NCBI GenBank assembly: GCA_951406725.2
Contig: OX597821.1
Span: forward strand, 72,416,001-72,480,000
From: Octopus vulgaris
Lineage: Eukaryota
Reading direction: 5' to 3'
DNA: 64,000 bases
The translations under genes were made by a program, and so were the position numbers. The notes under the pieces were generated by a model. The model ran no database searches. It saw only the letters and a program-made list of their open reading frames with translations, and was not told the DNA's origin. Positions 26,642-39,600 of this stretch are shown one piece after another (position 1 is the first letter of the stretch; the number at the start of each line of letters is the position of its first letter).

Positions 26642-27121
26642 TTTAACGAAGAAATTAACTCCTTAATTGCTCAGCAACACCATTACGATGTCGACAGTCT
26701 GTTGTCGAAAGATGACTTCGAACAGGTACAACATCCTCCATCGACATCCATTGTGGCTGGAAACCAAACAAAGAATCTTGTCTCTCAAAATACTCCATCC
26801 TCATCAATTGTTGTAGACCATGCCCGACATCACTCCAAACCTCAGCCAGCTGTCAAAGACTATGAACCATATATAGCACTCCTGAGACAGCAACAACGTC
26901 AACAACATCGACATCAACAGCATCAACAACCACATAACATTGAGATTGACATTTATGGGGAATTAGATGTACCAGTAGACCATGCCCGACATCACTCCAA
27001 ACCTCAGCCAGCTGTCAAAGACTATGAACCATATATAGCACTCCTGAGACAGCAACAACGTCAACAGCATCAACAACCACATAACATTGAGATTGACATT
27101 TATGGGGAATTAGATGTACCA
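26642..27121 (+). CDS. CPLANE1: CPLANE1-like exon 12 with internal tandem duplication
   Basis: tttccAG / GTAAGT. Covers ORF 26618..27175; phase 0 to 0. Confidence 0.8.
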
Positions 27122-28447
27122 GTAAGTGATTGCTTTTTTTTTTTTTCTGAATACATCATCATCATCATCATTTAACGTCCGCTTTCCATGTTGGCATGGG
27201 TTGGACGATTTGACTGAGGTCTGGCAAACCAGACTCCAATCTCATCTGGCACAGTTTCTACAGCTGGATGCCCTTCCTAACGCCAACCACTCCAAGAGTG
27301 TAGCGGGTGCTTTTACGTGCCACCGGCACGAGGGTGAGTTTCGTGGAACTGGCAACAGCCACACTCAAATGGTGCTTTTTATGTGCCACCTGCACAGAAG
27401 CTAGTCCAGTGGCACTGGCGATGACCTCGCTCGAATATTTCACATACCACCAGCTCAAGTGCTAGTAAGGCGACGCCGTAACAATCACACTCAGATGGTG
27501 TGTTTAACGTGCCATCGGCATGAAGGCCAGCTTGTTGTTCTGGTAACGATCTCAGTTTTTATTTTATCACCTGACTCAACAACCTACATTTCAAGCTGAA
27601 ATAACTTTTACATTGTCACTCAGCCTGCTAGAAATAGTAGCCAACTCTCTCTCAAAGCTTGTCTCACCATCTTAAATAAGGAGAAGACTCTGTAAATAAC
27701 ATAGTCTCATATACCTCTAATGGGAGAGCTTTTATGCAGTGAGTTGACCTGCTTGAAATAGTAAGTAAATTTTTGTGAAATCATTCTGTGAAGATGGGAT
27801 GGTCACAAATGGAATGCCTTTAGTCATAGTACTTTTAAATTTTTTGATAAGGCTGACCTATAAATATTCATCGAATAGATGAGATAACCATGGCTAGAAT
27901 GCTGTTGATTTCGGTTCATCTCTCTCAGGCTTGAGTTGACCCAGAGTTACAGAATAACAGACATGTCTTCAGTTTTTATAGAATAACTTAAAACCCATGA
28001 TAGAATTCCTAGATCCAGTGGTAACTTCTGAAGATTTTCTCTTTGTGTAGTGTATCTAGGTTACACCAGTTTATGGGAGCCAGTCCCTCTTCAAGTTGTA
28101 CTCACAGATAGAATTAAACTCTGCTCTGTAACCTAATAAAACATTTATTCATTTTATAATCTTGCTACAGCTTACCTGGTGGACTGCTCAAATATCTTGA
28201 CAACAAATACAAAATGGTGACATTGATGAGATACAAACCATGAATCTTCTCTCCGTTGTTCATCCAATATGCTAACTTCATGGCTGTCCTTACATTTACA
28301 AATCTCAAATACACTGTGGAACTAGGAAGAAGAGCATCAAGCCATAGAAACTGTGTCAAAGCAGACATTTGAACTTGATGCAGTCCTCTGCTTTACCAGA
28401 TCCTATAAAACTGTCCAACCCATGCCAGCATGGAAGATGGACATAAA

Positions 28448-28640
28448 TCCTTTAGCATTTAAACTGACCATATGTGGCCAAAATATTCTATCGGCCACTC
28501 ACACCTACCTTACAATATCTTTCTGAAACTAAACAATCATATCATTTAAATCTTAAAGTTACAAAATTCTGTTATGATTAACTGAAGACAATGTGAATAA
28601 GCAGAACGTTTGACGTTTGAGTAATGTGAATGATAAAAGA
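28448..28640. mobile_element. piggyBac-like MITE family 2 inserted into the TTAA of an RTE-tail end
   Basis: TCCTTTAGCATT ... AATGATAAAAGA|TTAA; it splits the host tail GGACAT(T)AA / TTAAACGATGATG. Confidence 0.6.
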
Positions 28641-28935
28641 TTAAACGATGATGACAATGAATCTGTTTCACTTGTCGCTCTTTGAATGGCATCAGAGAAA
28701 TGACCACCCACACCAACTCGACGCTTTGCTATTTAGTTACTGGATCACCAAGTCTACTCTTTGATTCATCATTAATGTTGAAATGTTTATTCAAAATAAT
28801 TGTTTCTGTAATTAATTTCTCAGTAGAGGTTAGTAATTAGTAATATTAGTAATTAGTAATGTCTAGCATTATTAATAGTTTGAATTTTGTTTCTTCTTAG
28901 CTTAAACTATTAACCATTTCATGAACATTTTCTAG

Positions 28936-29045
28936 GAAGACAAACTTGATCAACCATCTGCAGACCATGACTCTCTCATTCAAGAATCTCTTGAAGACAG
29001 AATTACAACAGAAACATCTAAATCAAAGGAACATCATGAACAATG
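28936..29045 (+). CDS. CPLANE1: CPLANE1-like exon 13
   Basis: tttctAG / GTTTGA (weak donor). EDKLDQPSADHDSLIQESLEDR...HHEQ; phase 0 to 2 completes a Trp codon with the next exon. Confidence 0.65.
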
Positions 29046-31605
29046 GTTTGATTTCTCACTTTATGTGTTTGTGAAGAATTTAGTTAAATGTTTATATTTT
29101 GGCCTTTTTACACCCCAAACTCTATTTTACCCAGTTAAATATTTTTTTATGTCATTTATTTCTGTTAGTCTGGTTGTGTATATATCTACATGTTACTCTG
29201 TACTTACATCTGTCCATATTTGTTAACTGTTTTATGTTTAATGTATGTCTGTATGATTGGCTGCCATCTGTATGGTTATTATGTCATACACTATAAATTA
29301 TAATTGTGAATGAAGCTCTCCATAGTAGATGTTTTCTAGAGGAAGGTATGTTATATCAATGGATCAATTCATTAATTATATAAATCATTATAACGAGTTA
29401 AATTGATAGATAAGTAATGTAAATTTCCTAACATAAGAATAGTGATGGAATTTGAACCTATCTCATTTGTATTTTATATAAAAATTTAAAAATTCTTTTT
29501 ATGTAACACGATGGTTTCTTAAAATAGCATATTGTATCAAAATATAAATCTGATACCTTTCTCAACTCTCAAGGAACCATGTGTGTGTGTATGTGTTATA
29601 TATATATAAATATAAGCAATAATTATAACGATAGAGAATATGGAGACTGGTACATCCTCAAAATTTATTTCCTTTTTTTTCTTCAATGTCATATTTTTAT
29701 GGTTACAACCTACACCTGTTTTTACTGTGCAGAGTATGTGCAGTTGCATGTGCATCTGGGCATAATTTTCTGTGCAGCTTTGTTCAGGATCTTTCGTCCA
29801 GCTTGGCTCAAACTGAATTCTGTCAGTTGTTTATTGGTTAGGGTTCAGGGGGAAGTGGGGGGAGGTTGTTTTTGAACCTGAAATCTGATCTGTTTGTAAA
29901 CTTTTGTAGATGACCTCAGCTTCACACCAGGCTTGGGCCGATCAAAGCCTTGTGAGTGGATTTGGTAGACGGAAACTGAAAGAAGCCCATCGTATATATT
30001 TATATATATATGTATGTGTGTGTGTATATGTTTATGTGTCTGTTTGTTCAATGCTGGTGTGTTTACATCCCCATAATTTAGCAGTTCGGCAAAGAGACCG
30101 ATAGAATAAGTACTAAGCTTACAAAGAATAAGTCTTTGGGTCGATTTGCTCGACTAAAGGTGGTGCTCCAGCATGGCCACAGTCAAATGACTGAAACAAA
30201 TAAAAGGGTAAAGAGTATCTGCAAAATAATAGGTTATTGTTACCCTATTTAATGCAGAGATGTAGGCAAGAGACAGTTCTCTGGTTAAAGAAACCATGTG
30301 GCTTCAGGTTCAATCCCACTCCAAGGTATCTTGGACAAGTGCCTCCTTTTATAGAATCCAGATGACTAATGCCTTGTGAGGGAAATTCCAAGACAGAATC
30401 CTTACAGATGCCTGCCGTGTGTGTGTGTGTGCATGTTTATTTCCGCATATCTTTGCACTGACATTTCTTGGACAATGGATGTTTATGTCCCACAATGTGG
30501 CCGCATGGTGTTTCAGCATTGTGGAATAAAGTACTTTGCTACAAGAGTTTGCGTCAGGAAGGACACCCGACTGCAGAATACTCTCTCCATAAATCTCATG
30601 CTACTGGTGCCAGAATGGATAAAGCAGACAAAGAAATATCAATGGTGATGAGTATTGAATAGCTAGGCAGAGGTGGGGCAGTGTGGTTAAGGAGTTTGCC
30701 TTGTAACCACATGGTTGTGAGTTCAGTCCCACTGCGTGGCCCTTTGTGCAAGTGTCTTCTATTATAGCCCAGTACCGACCAATGCCTCATCAGTGAATCT
30801 GGTAGGTGGGACCTGTGGAAGAAGCCTGTTGTGTGTGTAAATACACACACACACATGTGCACATGTCTGTCAGTGTTTGTCCCCTGTCACAATTGCTTGA
30901 CAAACTTGTATATATAAAAAAATACCTGAGTATTTGGGTTGATTTGTTTGACTAAAATTCTTTAAGGTGGTGCCCCAGCATGGTCGTATTCCAGTGACTG
31001 AAACAAGTAAAATATACTCTCAAAATGGATTCCACAAGCTCCATTAAATAATCTGCGTTAAGTCTGACCTAGACAGCATTTTGGAGCTTTTATTTACTTG
31101 ATTGATTCTATAATCTTTTGTTTTGACAAAGACTTTCTTTCTGTCATTGATTCGCTGTTGTGTCTAAATCTGTCTCTTGTTTATTTCAGTGTATCAATAG
31201 TCTTAATTTTAGTTCAGTGTGAAGCTAGGGTTGGGTGTTGGGTTCATGTCAGATGACCCAGAATCACATACATTCATCAACTCTCTCCCAATGTCAACTT
31301 ACAGCAGCTGCTACCATACTCAGTCTCCCACTGTTCACATTTGTTCACATGAAATTCATCATCATCATCATCATCGTTTAACATCCGCTTTCCATGCTGG
31401 CATGGGTTTGACGGTTTGACTGGGACTGGCAGGCTCCAGTCTGATCTGGCAATGTTTCTACAGCTGGATGCCCTTCCTAATGGCAACCAACCCGAGAGTG
31501 TAGTCGGTGCTTTTTACATGCTACCAGCACAGGAGCCAGTACTAGTATCGACAACGTTCGGACGGTGCTTTTTCAAATAAATAATTATACTCTACACTAT
31601 ATATT

Positions 31606-31858
31606 TTGTGGAGGCGCATGGCTTAGTGGTTAGGGTGTCAGCATCATGATCGTAAGATTGTGGTTTCGATTCCTGGACCGGGCGACGTGTTGTGTTCTTG
31701 AGCAAAACACTTCATTTTATGTTGCTCCAGTCCACTCAGCTGGCAAAAATGAGTAACGCTGCGATGGACTGGTGTCGCATCCAGCTGAGGAACACATACA
31801 CCATTGAAACTGGGAAACCGGGCCCATGAGCCTGGCTAGGCTTTAAAAGGACGCATTT
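31606..31858 (+). mobile_element. tRNA-derived SINE with 22-bp target-site duplication
   Basis: A box TGGCTTAGTGG and B box GTTTCGATTCC; CORE/V-like segment GCTCCAGTCCACTCAGCTG...GCGATGGACTGG. TSD ATTATACTCTACACTATATATT at 31584-31605 and 31859-31880. Confidence 0.9.
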
Positions 31859-32813
31859 ATTATACTCTACACTATATATTGAGTATATTTCTTCCATTTG
31901 TTAATTGCAAACACACACACACAGATTGTTTGTTATCCTCGTTTTGCTACTTTACAAGTCTCTTTATAAAACTCTTGATCTCAATTGGCAATAAAAACAA
32001 AATTGCACTGATTTCATTTCATCTATTTTCACCTCCTAAAGTAAATATTTTTCAACATTTGTTTTAATTGGACTCTACTTAATAAAGCATCCAATTATAA
32101 TTATAACACTAAGCATTCATTTAGTTTATTTACTGTAACGGGTTCTATCAAATTCAGGTTGTTTTGTCCTTTTGTTTTTTTTTTTCTACCTCCCCCTTTT
32201 ACAACTATTCTGTTCCTAAATTGTAATTCTTCAACGGTTGTGAATTTATGTTTTAACCATTCCATTTTCTGAAACATTCTCTTTTAAATTATCATCGTCG
32301 TTGTCGTTTAACGTCCGTTTTTCCATACTGGCATGGGTTGGACGGTTCGACTGGGGTCTGGGAAGCCAGGAGGCTGCACCAGGCTCCAGTCTGATCTGGC
32401 AGTGTTTCTACAACTGGATGCCCTTCCTAATGCCAACCACTCCGTGAGTGTAGTGGATGCTTTTTACATGCCACCGGCACAGGTGCCAGGGGAGGCTGGC
32501 AGCGGCCACAATCAGTTGGTGCTTTTTATGTGCCACCGGCATGGGTATCACAACTACAATTTCCATTTGATTTTGATGTATTTGACTCAATAGGTCTCCT
32601 CAAGCACAGCAGGTCACCCTACGATCCAAGGTACTTTTGAGTGGGCTGCGGCTGTTATGCGACATTACAAAAAATACCTTGCAATCCACGTTACTGTAAC
32701 TATGTGCAATGCCTGTCGGAACTATTTCTGAGGGAATGGTCAGCTATTTCACGCTCCTGATACCTGTAGGAAACTATATACTCTATTGGTAGTCAAGAAG
32801 GCAACCTCTAAAT

Positions 32814-33059
32814 CAGTGGTCCTCAACCAGGGTTCGCGTGGCCCGTTGGGGGTTTCCACATGAGATTTTCTTGTAAAAGTTTATGCTTAATAAATTGTTT
32901 CCACTTCCACAAGCCACAAAATATTTAAACAGTTTATTTTAATACAATTCTTAATAATCATAAAAATATAATGGGGTGTTTTTAGGCATCCAATGGCTGT
33001 GAGGGTCCCACTCCAAAGGGATTCACAAGGGTTGGGGGAGAAATGGTTGAGAACCACTG
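32814..33059. mobile_element. hAT (Charlie-like) MITE
   Basis: TIR CAGTGGTCCTCAACCA / TGGTTGAGAACCACTG; perfect 8-bp TSD CTCTAAAT. Confidence 0.9.
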
Positions 33060-33127
33060 CTCTAAATAGTTGTTTAGTCTGCTCGAAATAATATTCTCTT
33101 ATGACTTAAGTATTCTATGTCTAAAGG

Positions 33128-33694
33128 CAGTGGTTCCCAAAGTTGGCAGTATTGCCCCTCCCCCTGGGAGCAGTGGAAAGTTCCAAGGGGGGTGTTGAAG
33201 AAAGGGGAGGGGGGGTCGATAACGATATAGTAATTCATGTAAAAAGTGGGGCGATAATGAGGTATCATCATCATTGCCATTGTTTTACGTCCGTTTTCCA
33301 TGCTGGCATGGGTTGGATGGTTTGACTGAGTGCTGGCGAGCTAGAAGGCTGCACCTGACTCAATCTGATCTGGCAAAGTTTCTATGCTAACCACTCCGAG
33401 AGTGTAGTGGGTGCTTTTACATGCCATCGGTACGAGGGCCAGTCAGGCAGTTCTGGCAACGACCACACTCAAAAGGTGTTATTTACATGCTGTAAAAATT
33501 GGGGCAATAATGGGATTAATGATTCATGTAAAAATAACGAATTCATTAGGTTAACTTTTATTTGTGAAATACAGTTGTTTTGAATTTGCTTCAGAAAGAG
33601 GTCTATGTTTGTGATGGCTAATTGGGGTGGAGGCGCTAGGAATGTGACATGGGTGTCAAGGGGGCAATAGCCCAAAAATGTTTGGGAACCACTG
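33128..33694. mobile_element. hAT (Charlie-like) MITE interrupted by an RTE-tail copy
   Basis: 14-bp TIR CAGTGGTTCCCAAA / TTTGGGAACCACTG; GTCTAAAG on both flanks (one extra G on the left); RTE tail at about 33265-33490. Confidence 0.8.
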
Positions 33695-34075
33695 GTCTAA
33701 AGTATTAAATAGAGTGTAGGGGGAGAGAGAGAGTGGATTTGAAGAAATAGGTATCCACAGGAAGTTAGGGTATAAAGCAATAATAGTGATATGTTATTAC
33801 ACTAATGGTAATAATCATATTATTGCAGTATTATTGTTGGCAGGTTGGGGAAAATAGTTTGTAGCATTTTGCTTGTCTTTATGTCCTGGGTTTATTCTGC
33901 CATGGTCAGTTTTGCTTTTCATCCTTTCAGAGTCGATAAAGTATGAGTTGAGCCCTGGGATTCATGTAATCAACTTACACCCTCCCCCAAAATTGCTGGC
34001 CTTGTATCAAAATTTGAAATCAATTTATTATTATTACTTATGTGGTTTATAATAGTTATGTGGTTTATAATAGTA

Positions 34076-34400
34076 GGAGTGCTCCAAAAGGGGTCTCAGG
34101 GCGTAGTATCCCTGCCTTCTTGTGGTTTTCCACCACATTTCTTTAAAATCATGGCAGAGGCCTTGGTCTTGGGACCACTCATGTCTAGAAACTGAGGTTG
34201 GGGCTAAGCAAGGGCATACTCCCCGTAGAAAATCCAGCTCCAAAAAAGCCTCATGATAGCAAAGGAGAATGGGCACCAGCCAACCTAAAGGTCTGGGTGT
34301 TCTGCACTTGCCTACCTCGGTTGGTATGGCATTGAAGTAGATCCGGTCACCACTCATTAACGGAGACAAAACCCGGATTTAAAACACTGGCTGATGATGA
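34076..34400 (+). mobile_element. Short interspersed element, possibly Meta/MESC-type SINE
   Basis: GGTTGGGGCTAAGCAAGGGCATACTCCCCGTAGAAAAT segment recalled as MESC-like; (TGA)n tail; AATAGTA on both flanks. Confidence 0.45.
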
Positions 34401-34884
34401 ATAGTAATAATGATTTTTAACATAGAGCAGAAGGTCACAGTTTTGGAGAAAAGCAATGACTAATTAAATCTTTTGACTTGCAACTATTTTATAAATGTAA
34501 TTAGGGTAAGATTAAAAGTATAAAAAATCAACTTGAGCATAATTTAAGCTTAGAAAGTAACTAAATACCACAAGGTATTTTGTGTTTACCACCCTGATTT
34601 CTAATAATGGCAAAAAGTCATTTGTTTTGAGGAGATTGCCAACACTTGACTGCTGCCTATTTTATTGAATATAATAGAATTAATGATACACAATGAGAGA
34701 AAAGAAGAACATTGAAAAGCAAATGGTTGTCCTCCCAATATGTGGACAAAAGAAAGCAGGTATGATTCATTAAGCTTGGAATTAATGGGGGCAGATTACC
34801 TGTTTATTTATATCTGGCTTGTAATCATGTCTGTGCAACATTTAATAAATGAAGACCTCTGAATAAATGTTGTTATTTTGACAG

Positions 34885-35013
34885 GTTGAAAGACATGTCT
34901 ATACTCAGCAGCGTCAGCGATATCATGGTAGACCTGTTTCAGCAAGGACACATCAACCCCACCAATGTCGGAGCTGAACAGGACTTTGATCTGCAAAACA
35001 AGGAAGAGTTTAG
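34885..35013 (+). CDS. CPLANE1: CPLANE1-like exon 14 (start of Joubert-associated C-terminal region)
   Basis: tgacAG / GTAAAT. WLKDMSILSSVSDIMVDLFQQGHINPTNVG resembles CPLANE1 LQMTGLTDIADIIDDL..G (from memory); phase 2 to 2. Confidence 0.8.
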
Positions 35014-35264
35014 GTAAATATTTTTAATACTTTGGTTTTGCTTTTAAACAAAACAAACTCTGCAAGTACAAAGTACTTCTGAGAGAGGGGGAGGGGGGAG
35101 GCTTGAAATGACAACCTATTCTTACATTTTTAGTCTTTCTTTCTTTTCTATCATCATCATTATCTAATTTCTATTTTCCATGCTGGCAGGGGTCAAACAG
35201 TTTGACTGGAGCTGGTCAGTTAGAGAATTAGCCAGGCTCCAATTTTCTCTTTTGCCATGGTTTC

Positions 35265-35495
35265 TTATTTCTTTATTACCCACAAGGGGCTAAACATAGA
35301 GGGGACAAACAAGGACAGACAAACGGATTATGTCGATTACACCGACCCCAGTGTGTAACTGGTACTTATTTTATTGACCCCAAAAGGATGAAAGGCAAAG
35401 TCAACCTTTGTGGAATTTGAACTCAGAACGTAACAGCAGAAGAAATACCACTAAGCATTTCACCCGACGTGCTAACGATTCTGCCAGCTCGCCAC
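35265..35495 (-). mobile_element. tRNA-like SINE with Nin/Deu-like domain; representative copy
   Basis: Minus strand reads GGCGAGCTGGCAGAATCGTTAGCACG...GAGTTCAAATTCC...TTTGCCTTTCATCCTTTTGGGGTCAATAAAATAAGTACCAG. Approximate further copies: 9080-9210, 11330-11510, 23460-23670, 33840-34025, 44475-45085 (tandem/nested), 58185-58356. Confidence 0.8.
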
Positions 35496-36240
35496 CCTCT
35501 TTTACCATGGTTTCTACAGCTGGATGCCCTTCCTAATGCCAACCGTTTTACAGTGTGTACTAGGGTACGCTTTACGTGGTCCAGCATAGCAGCTTTTTAC
35601 ATGACACCAGCACAAATGCTTTTGAAGTGGTCCCAGCATGTAAAATTTAAATATGTTTTCAACATTTAAACGGAGGCTAATCAAAACTAATTTCATTTTT
35701 CACTCTGTTTCTGTGTGGAAAGAAATTTGCTTCCCAAACACTTGGTTTTAAGTTCAGTCCAACTGTGTGGCACCTTGGGCAAGTATCTTTTAAGAAAGCC
35801 AGGTTTCTCTTCTTTGATGTGTCTTAAATAAGGAAGAACACATTAGATAACGTTAGATGTCCCTAAAAAGCTGGGATGGACAGAATACTTTTGATCATAG
35901 ATTGTGCTCAATCAAGGTTGATCTGGAACTAAACAACAAGAGGAACTTTCACAGACAAGAGATATCTGTCTTCCACCAGACACAGTTCCAGGCCCTCACT
36001 GCTCTGTAGCCATGGACAGTTTTAAGCGTGCAACAACAAACTGACAAAACACTTCAACAGTGTTGTCTCACTAATATTATCTCAATGACAACAAACTAAC
36101 TTCTTTGAAACCAGCTCACAGTTGAATAGACTGGCAGCTCAACTGCTTTCTATGGGGCACTGTATAACACCTGTGGTAGGATCAAAACTGTAAACCCCCT
36201 TGGACTGGTTAAACACCATTTTTCTTTGTCATAGTTTATT

Positions 36241-36683
36241 ATTGAAACTCCGACATCTGACAGCTGACTTGGCAGATACCCATAGAATTATTAACCATCT
36301 TACTAACAATAACTCTGAGCACCTTTTCAAACTCCACCTGTCTAACACCCGAGGACATGTTTACAAAGTCAGAAAACAGCACAGCTCCTTCCATGACTTT
36401 CGGAAACATTTTTTCACGGTAAGAGTTGCTGAAGCATGGAACTGCCGGCATCAGTTGTTAGTCGTCAGAGCACTACATCCTTCAAAACTTCCATGCTTCC
36501 TGAGATTCGCCAACACTACACCTGATCTTCTCCCCTCCATACACACAAGCAAGCATGTATCTGACTCATACACTGTTCACTTCCCAGACATTTGTACATT
36601 ATTGCATATGCTTTATATGCACTTTAGACAAGTTGTGGTGCACCTGAGCACTGTATACAATAATTTCATTATTATTATTATTA
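36241..36683 (+). mobile_element. CR1-clade LINE 3' end, second copy
   Basis: Near-identical to 14101-14565 with the same 5' start ATTGAAACTCC; (TTA)n tail. Confidence 0.85.
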
Positions 36684-39600
36684 TGAAAGGGCATCTCTAG
36701 CAGCAAAAAAAGGAAACCCCAAAAGGAAGGAACAGGTGAAAGAGTCATGAACACCAAATAAAAACTGAATCAGAGTTGAGGAATCTGTTTAGTTTCCCTG
36801 TAGAGAACCTCTGTAGTGCCAGTGAAACGGTAAAATGTACCCAGACTATGTTGTAGTGATAGAAAAGTTATCAAGTCATTAAAACCAAAAGAAAACCTGG
36901 CAAAAATCTCTGCTGCTGTTTATAACAGATGATAAGGAACTGCAATAGGAAGCTAGATGTATTGAGAGCCATCCATCTCCTGCAAGTCATCACCATCATC
37001 AACATTTAACATCCGTTTTCCATGCTAACATGAGTTGGTATGACAGGAACCTAACAAGGCCAGGGCCCACACCAGGTTGCAGAGTGTTGTCATGGCTTGG
37101 CTTCTACAGCTGAATGCCCTTCCTAACACCAACTACTCCACAGAGTGCTTTTTACATGGAATCTTGGTTTTAGGATTTCAATTCTGTTGTGGTGGGTGGG
37201 TCGAGTGCCACATATTTCTGTCCTGTCATCTCTTTTGTAAAATTCCGTGTTTTCAGGTAAATCTCCAAGGGGTGAAAAAGGGGGACATGATGTCAATGAT
37301 GATGAGTTGCTTTGTACAATAAATGATGTTTGGGTCCATAGTTGAAAGCCACGTGAATTAGAGCGAAATTGTGTAGAATACCTAACAATATATACCTGAG
37401 GCACAGGTGTGTGATTAAGAAGCTTGCTTTGCAACCTGAAGGTTTTGGTTTCAGTTCGTCAGTGTGGCACCTAGGGCAAGTGTTTTCTACTAGAGTCCTG
37501 GGCCAACCAATGCCTTGTGTGTGAATTTAATAGGTGGAAACTGTGGGGAAGCCTGTCGAGTATACGTGTGTGTGTGTGAGAGAGAGAGCGAGAGAGAGAT
37601 TTTGTATTTGTCCCTTCTACATCACTTGATAACCAGTGTTGGTTTGTTTACGTTACCTTGACGTAGCGATGCGACAAAAAGAGACCGATACAATAAGTAC
37701 CAGACTTGAAAAAAATAATAAATAATGGGATCGATTTGTTCGGCTAAAACCGTCGAAGCGGTGCCCCAGCATGGTCGCAGTCTAATGACTGAAACAAGTA
37801 AAAGAAAATAAGATTACAGAAATTCTGAAAGCAATATAAAGCAGTGGTCAGAAGGAACTTCATCAGAACATAGATTTATACCAAATTAAAGACACGTGTT
37901 GGGTTTGTTTTAGTTGTTAGATCCATGTCAGCCCTGATCAAGTAGTTCTACGATCAAAAATAACCCCGTTGTGACCCCTTACCGCCATCTATTTTCCCCA
38001 ACATAGTCTTGGACTACATAATCCGATATGTCCTTCCATTTTTAAATCAGTAACGTATAATATGAGAGAAGTTTTACTGCTATTTCTAGTTAGAACATAG
38101 AGGGAATGTGGGTGTATTGTTTAACCCTTGCTTAATCTTTCCTAACTTCATCTATATTGAAGGACGTTTTACTAACAGTGTAATCGATAATGTCGTTGTC
38201 CAATGGTTACTATTTTTAGTAAGTTGAGTGACTACATAGTAACATAGATAGAAATATACCCACTCGTTGGTACAGAGGTAAGTTTCTGTCAAGAGAAACC
38301 ACATTGATCATTTCCTGAAAGCAACAAAGACATTCTTTAAACACTCACTGTGTCCTGTAATGGACGTTCGGTAAAATACGACAGAATAATCTATGCTTTT
38401 TAACAGAGAGGTCTGTCGCTCTTTCTTTCAACTGCATCAATAGAATTTTGTATTTCAACCAAGTACGATCTTAGTGGTTAAATTCTACATTCATTGGCTT
38501 GCGCACTGATTTAATGCACTTAGTAAATTTGCTGGATCAAAGCCACGAATTAAGTTATACGAACAGCCATGAATAAATATTGCGGGCTTTCAAAAATTGT
38601 TTTTTTTTTCATTCGACAAAAGATGTGATTGGAGGAAGTAATAAAATAAGTTTGAATATGTCGACGGTTATCAATTAATACTATTTCTGTCGTTAAAACG
38701 GAGCAACTAAACCGCCTTTTCCTTTTGACGGTTGTCACATATCTGTTGGTGTCTACTATCGTATGGTTTACTTAAATATACGTATAGCACAAAATAGGTA
38801 AAAGTCAAACCATTGAGAAGTTTAAAACTCGATGTATTTAGCAAGTTTCCTTCGATAATTTTTTCAAATCTTTGAACGTCAGCGCGTATTATTCTTTGAA
38901 AACGACAGAGAACAGATACACGAGAATAAGGTCAAAATATCTTTAATGTCGTTACGTGCTTTCAAGCGAGAAAATTGATGTTAATACGTTATTGAGCTCA
39001 AAAGCTAAAAATGTTATTCTTCTAACGCGACGCTTTCATTTTTCTGAGAAGCTTTTAATTTATCAAACGTTCAATTTTTCCGACGCTATTCTATATGTAT
39101 ACTATCCTCATATGAATAATATGTGTAAATAATGATTTCTAACATTGGAAGAAGCCCGCGGACTCAGGAGGAAGGGCAAGTCGATTTAATCGAGCCTCGG
39201 CACAGGACTGGCTCATATATTATTGACCTTGGCAGGATTTGAAATCAGAATTATAAGGGACGTGATTAAATGCTGTAAGACATTTTACTTGATGTTCTAC
39301 CGATTTTCCTATCTAGTGCCCTTGTGTGTGTATGTGTGTAAATATTTACACACATGCACACCGTTTATAAGACCATAAATGGGTGTTTGGTGCTAAATGA
39401 AGATTTTAAAAATCATATATCATAGGCAACCAGTCTGGACGCTAATTCGAATTATTTAAAGGTGGATAAATTATGCATGTATGATATAAAAAATATACTT
39501 TTTTCCACTCTGTTACAAAAATAGGTCCCGTTTTATTAACTTAGGGATACCATCAGCATAAAAATGTGTTAACAATGCAGAGAGCATCAAAAAGCTAACT

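Noticed and set aside
28171-28216. Possible extra exon after ctacAG (LPGGLLKYLDNKYKM)
   Set aside because: Its phase is incompatible with the phase-0 intron between 27121 and 28936, and the phase-0 frame hits TGA.
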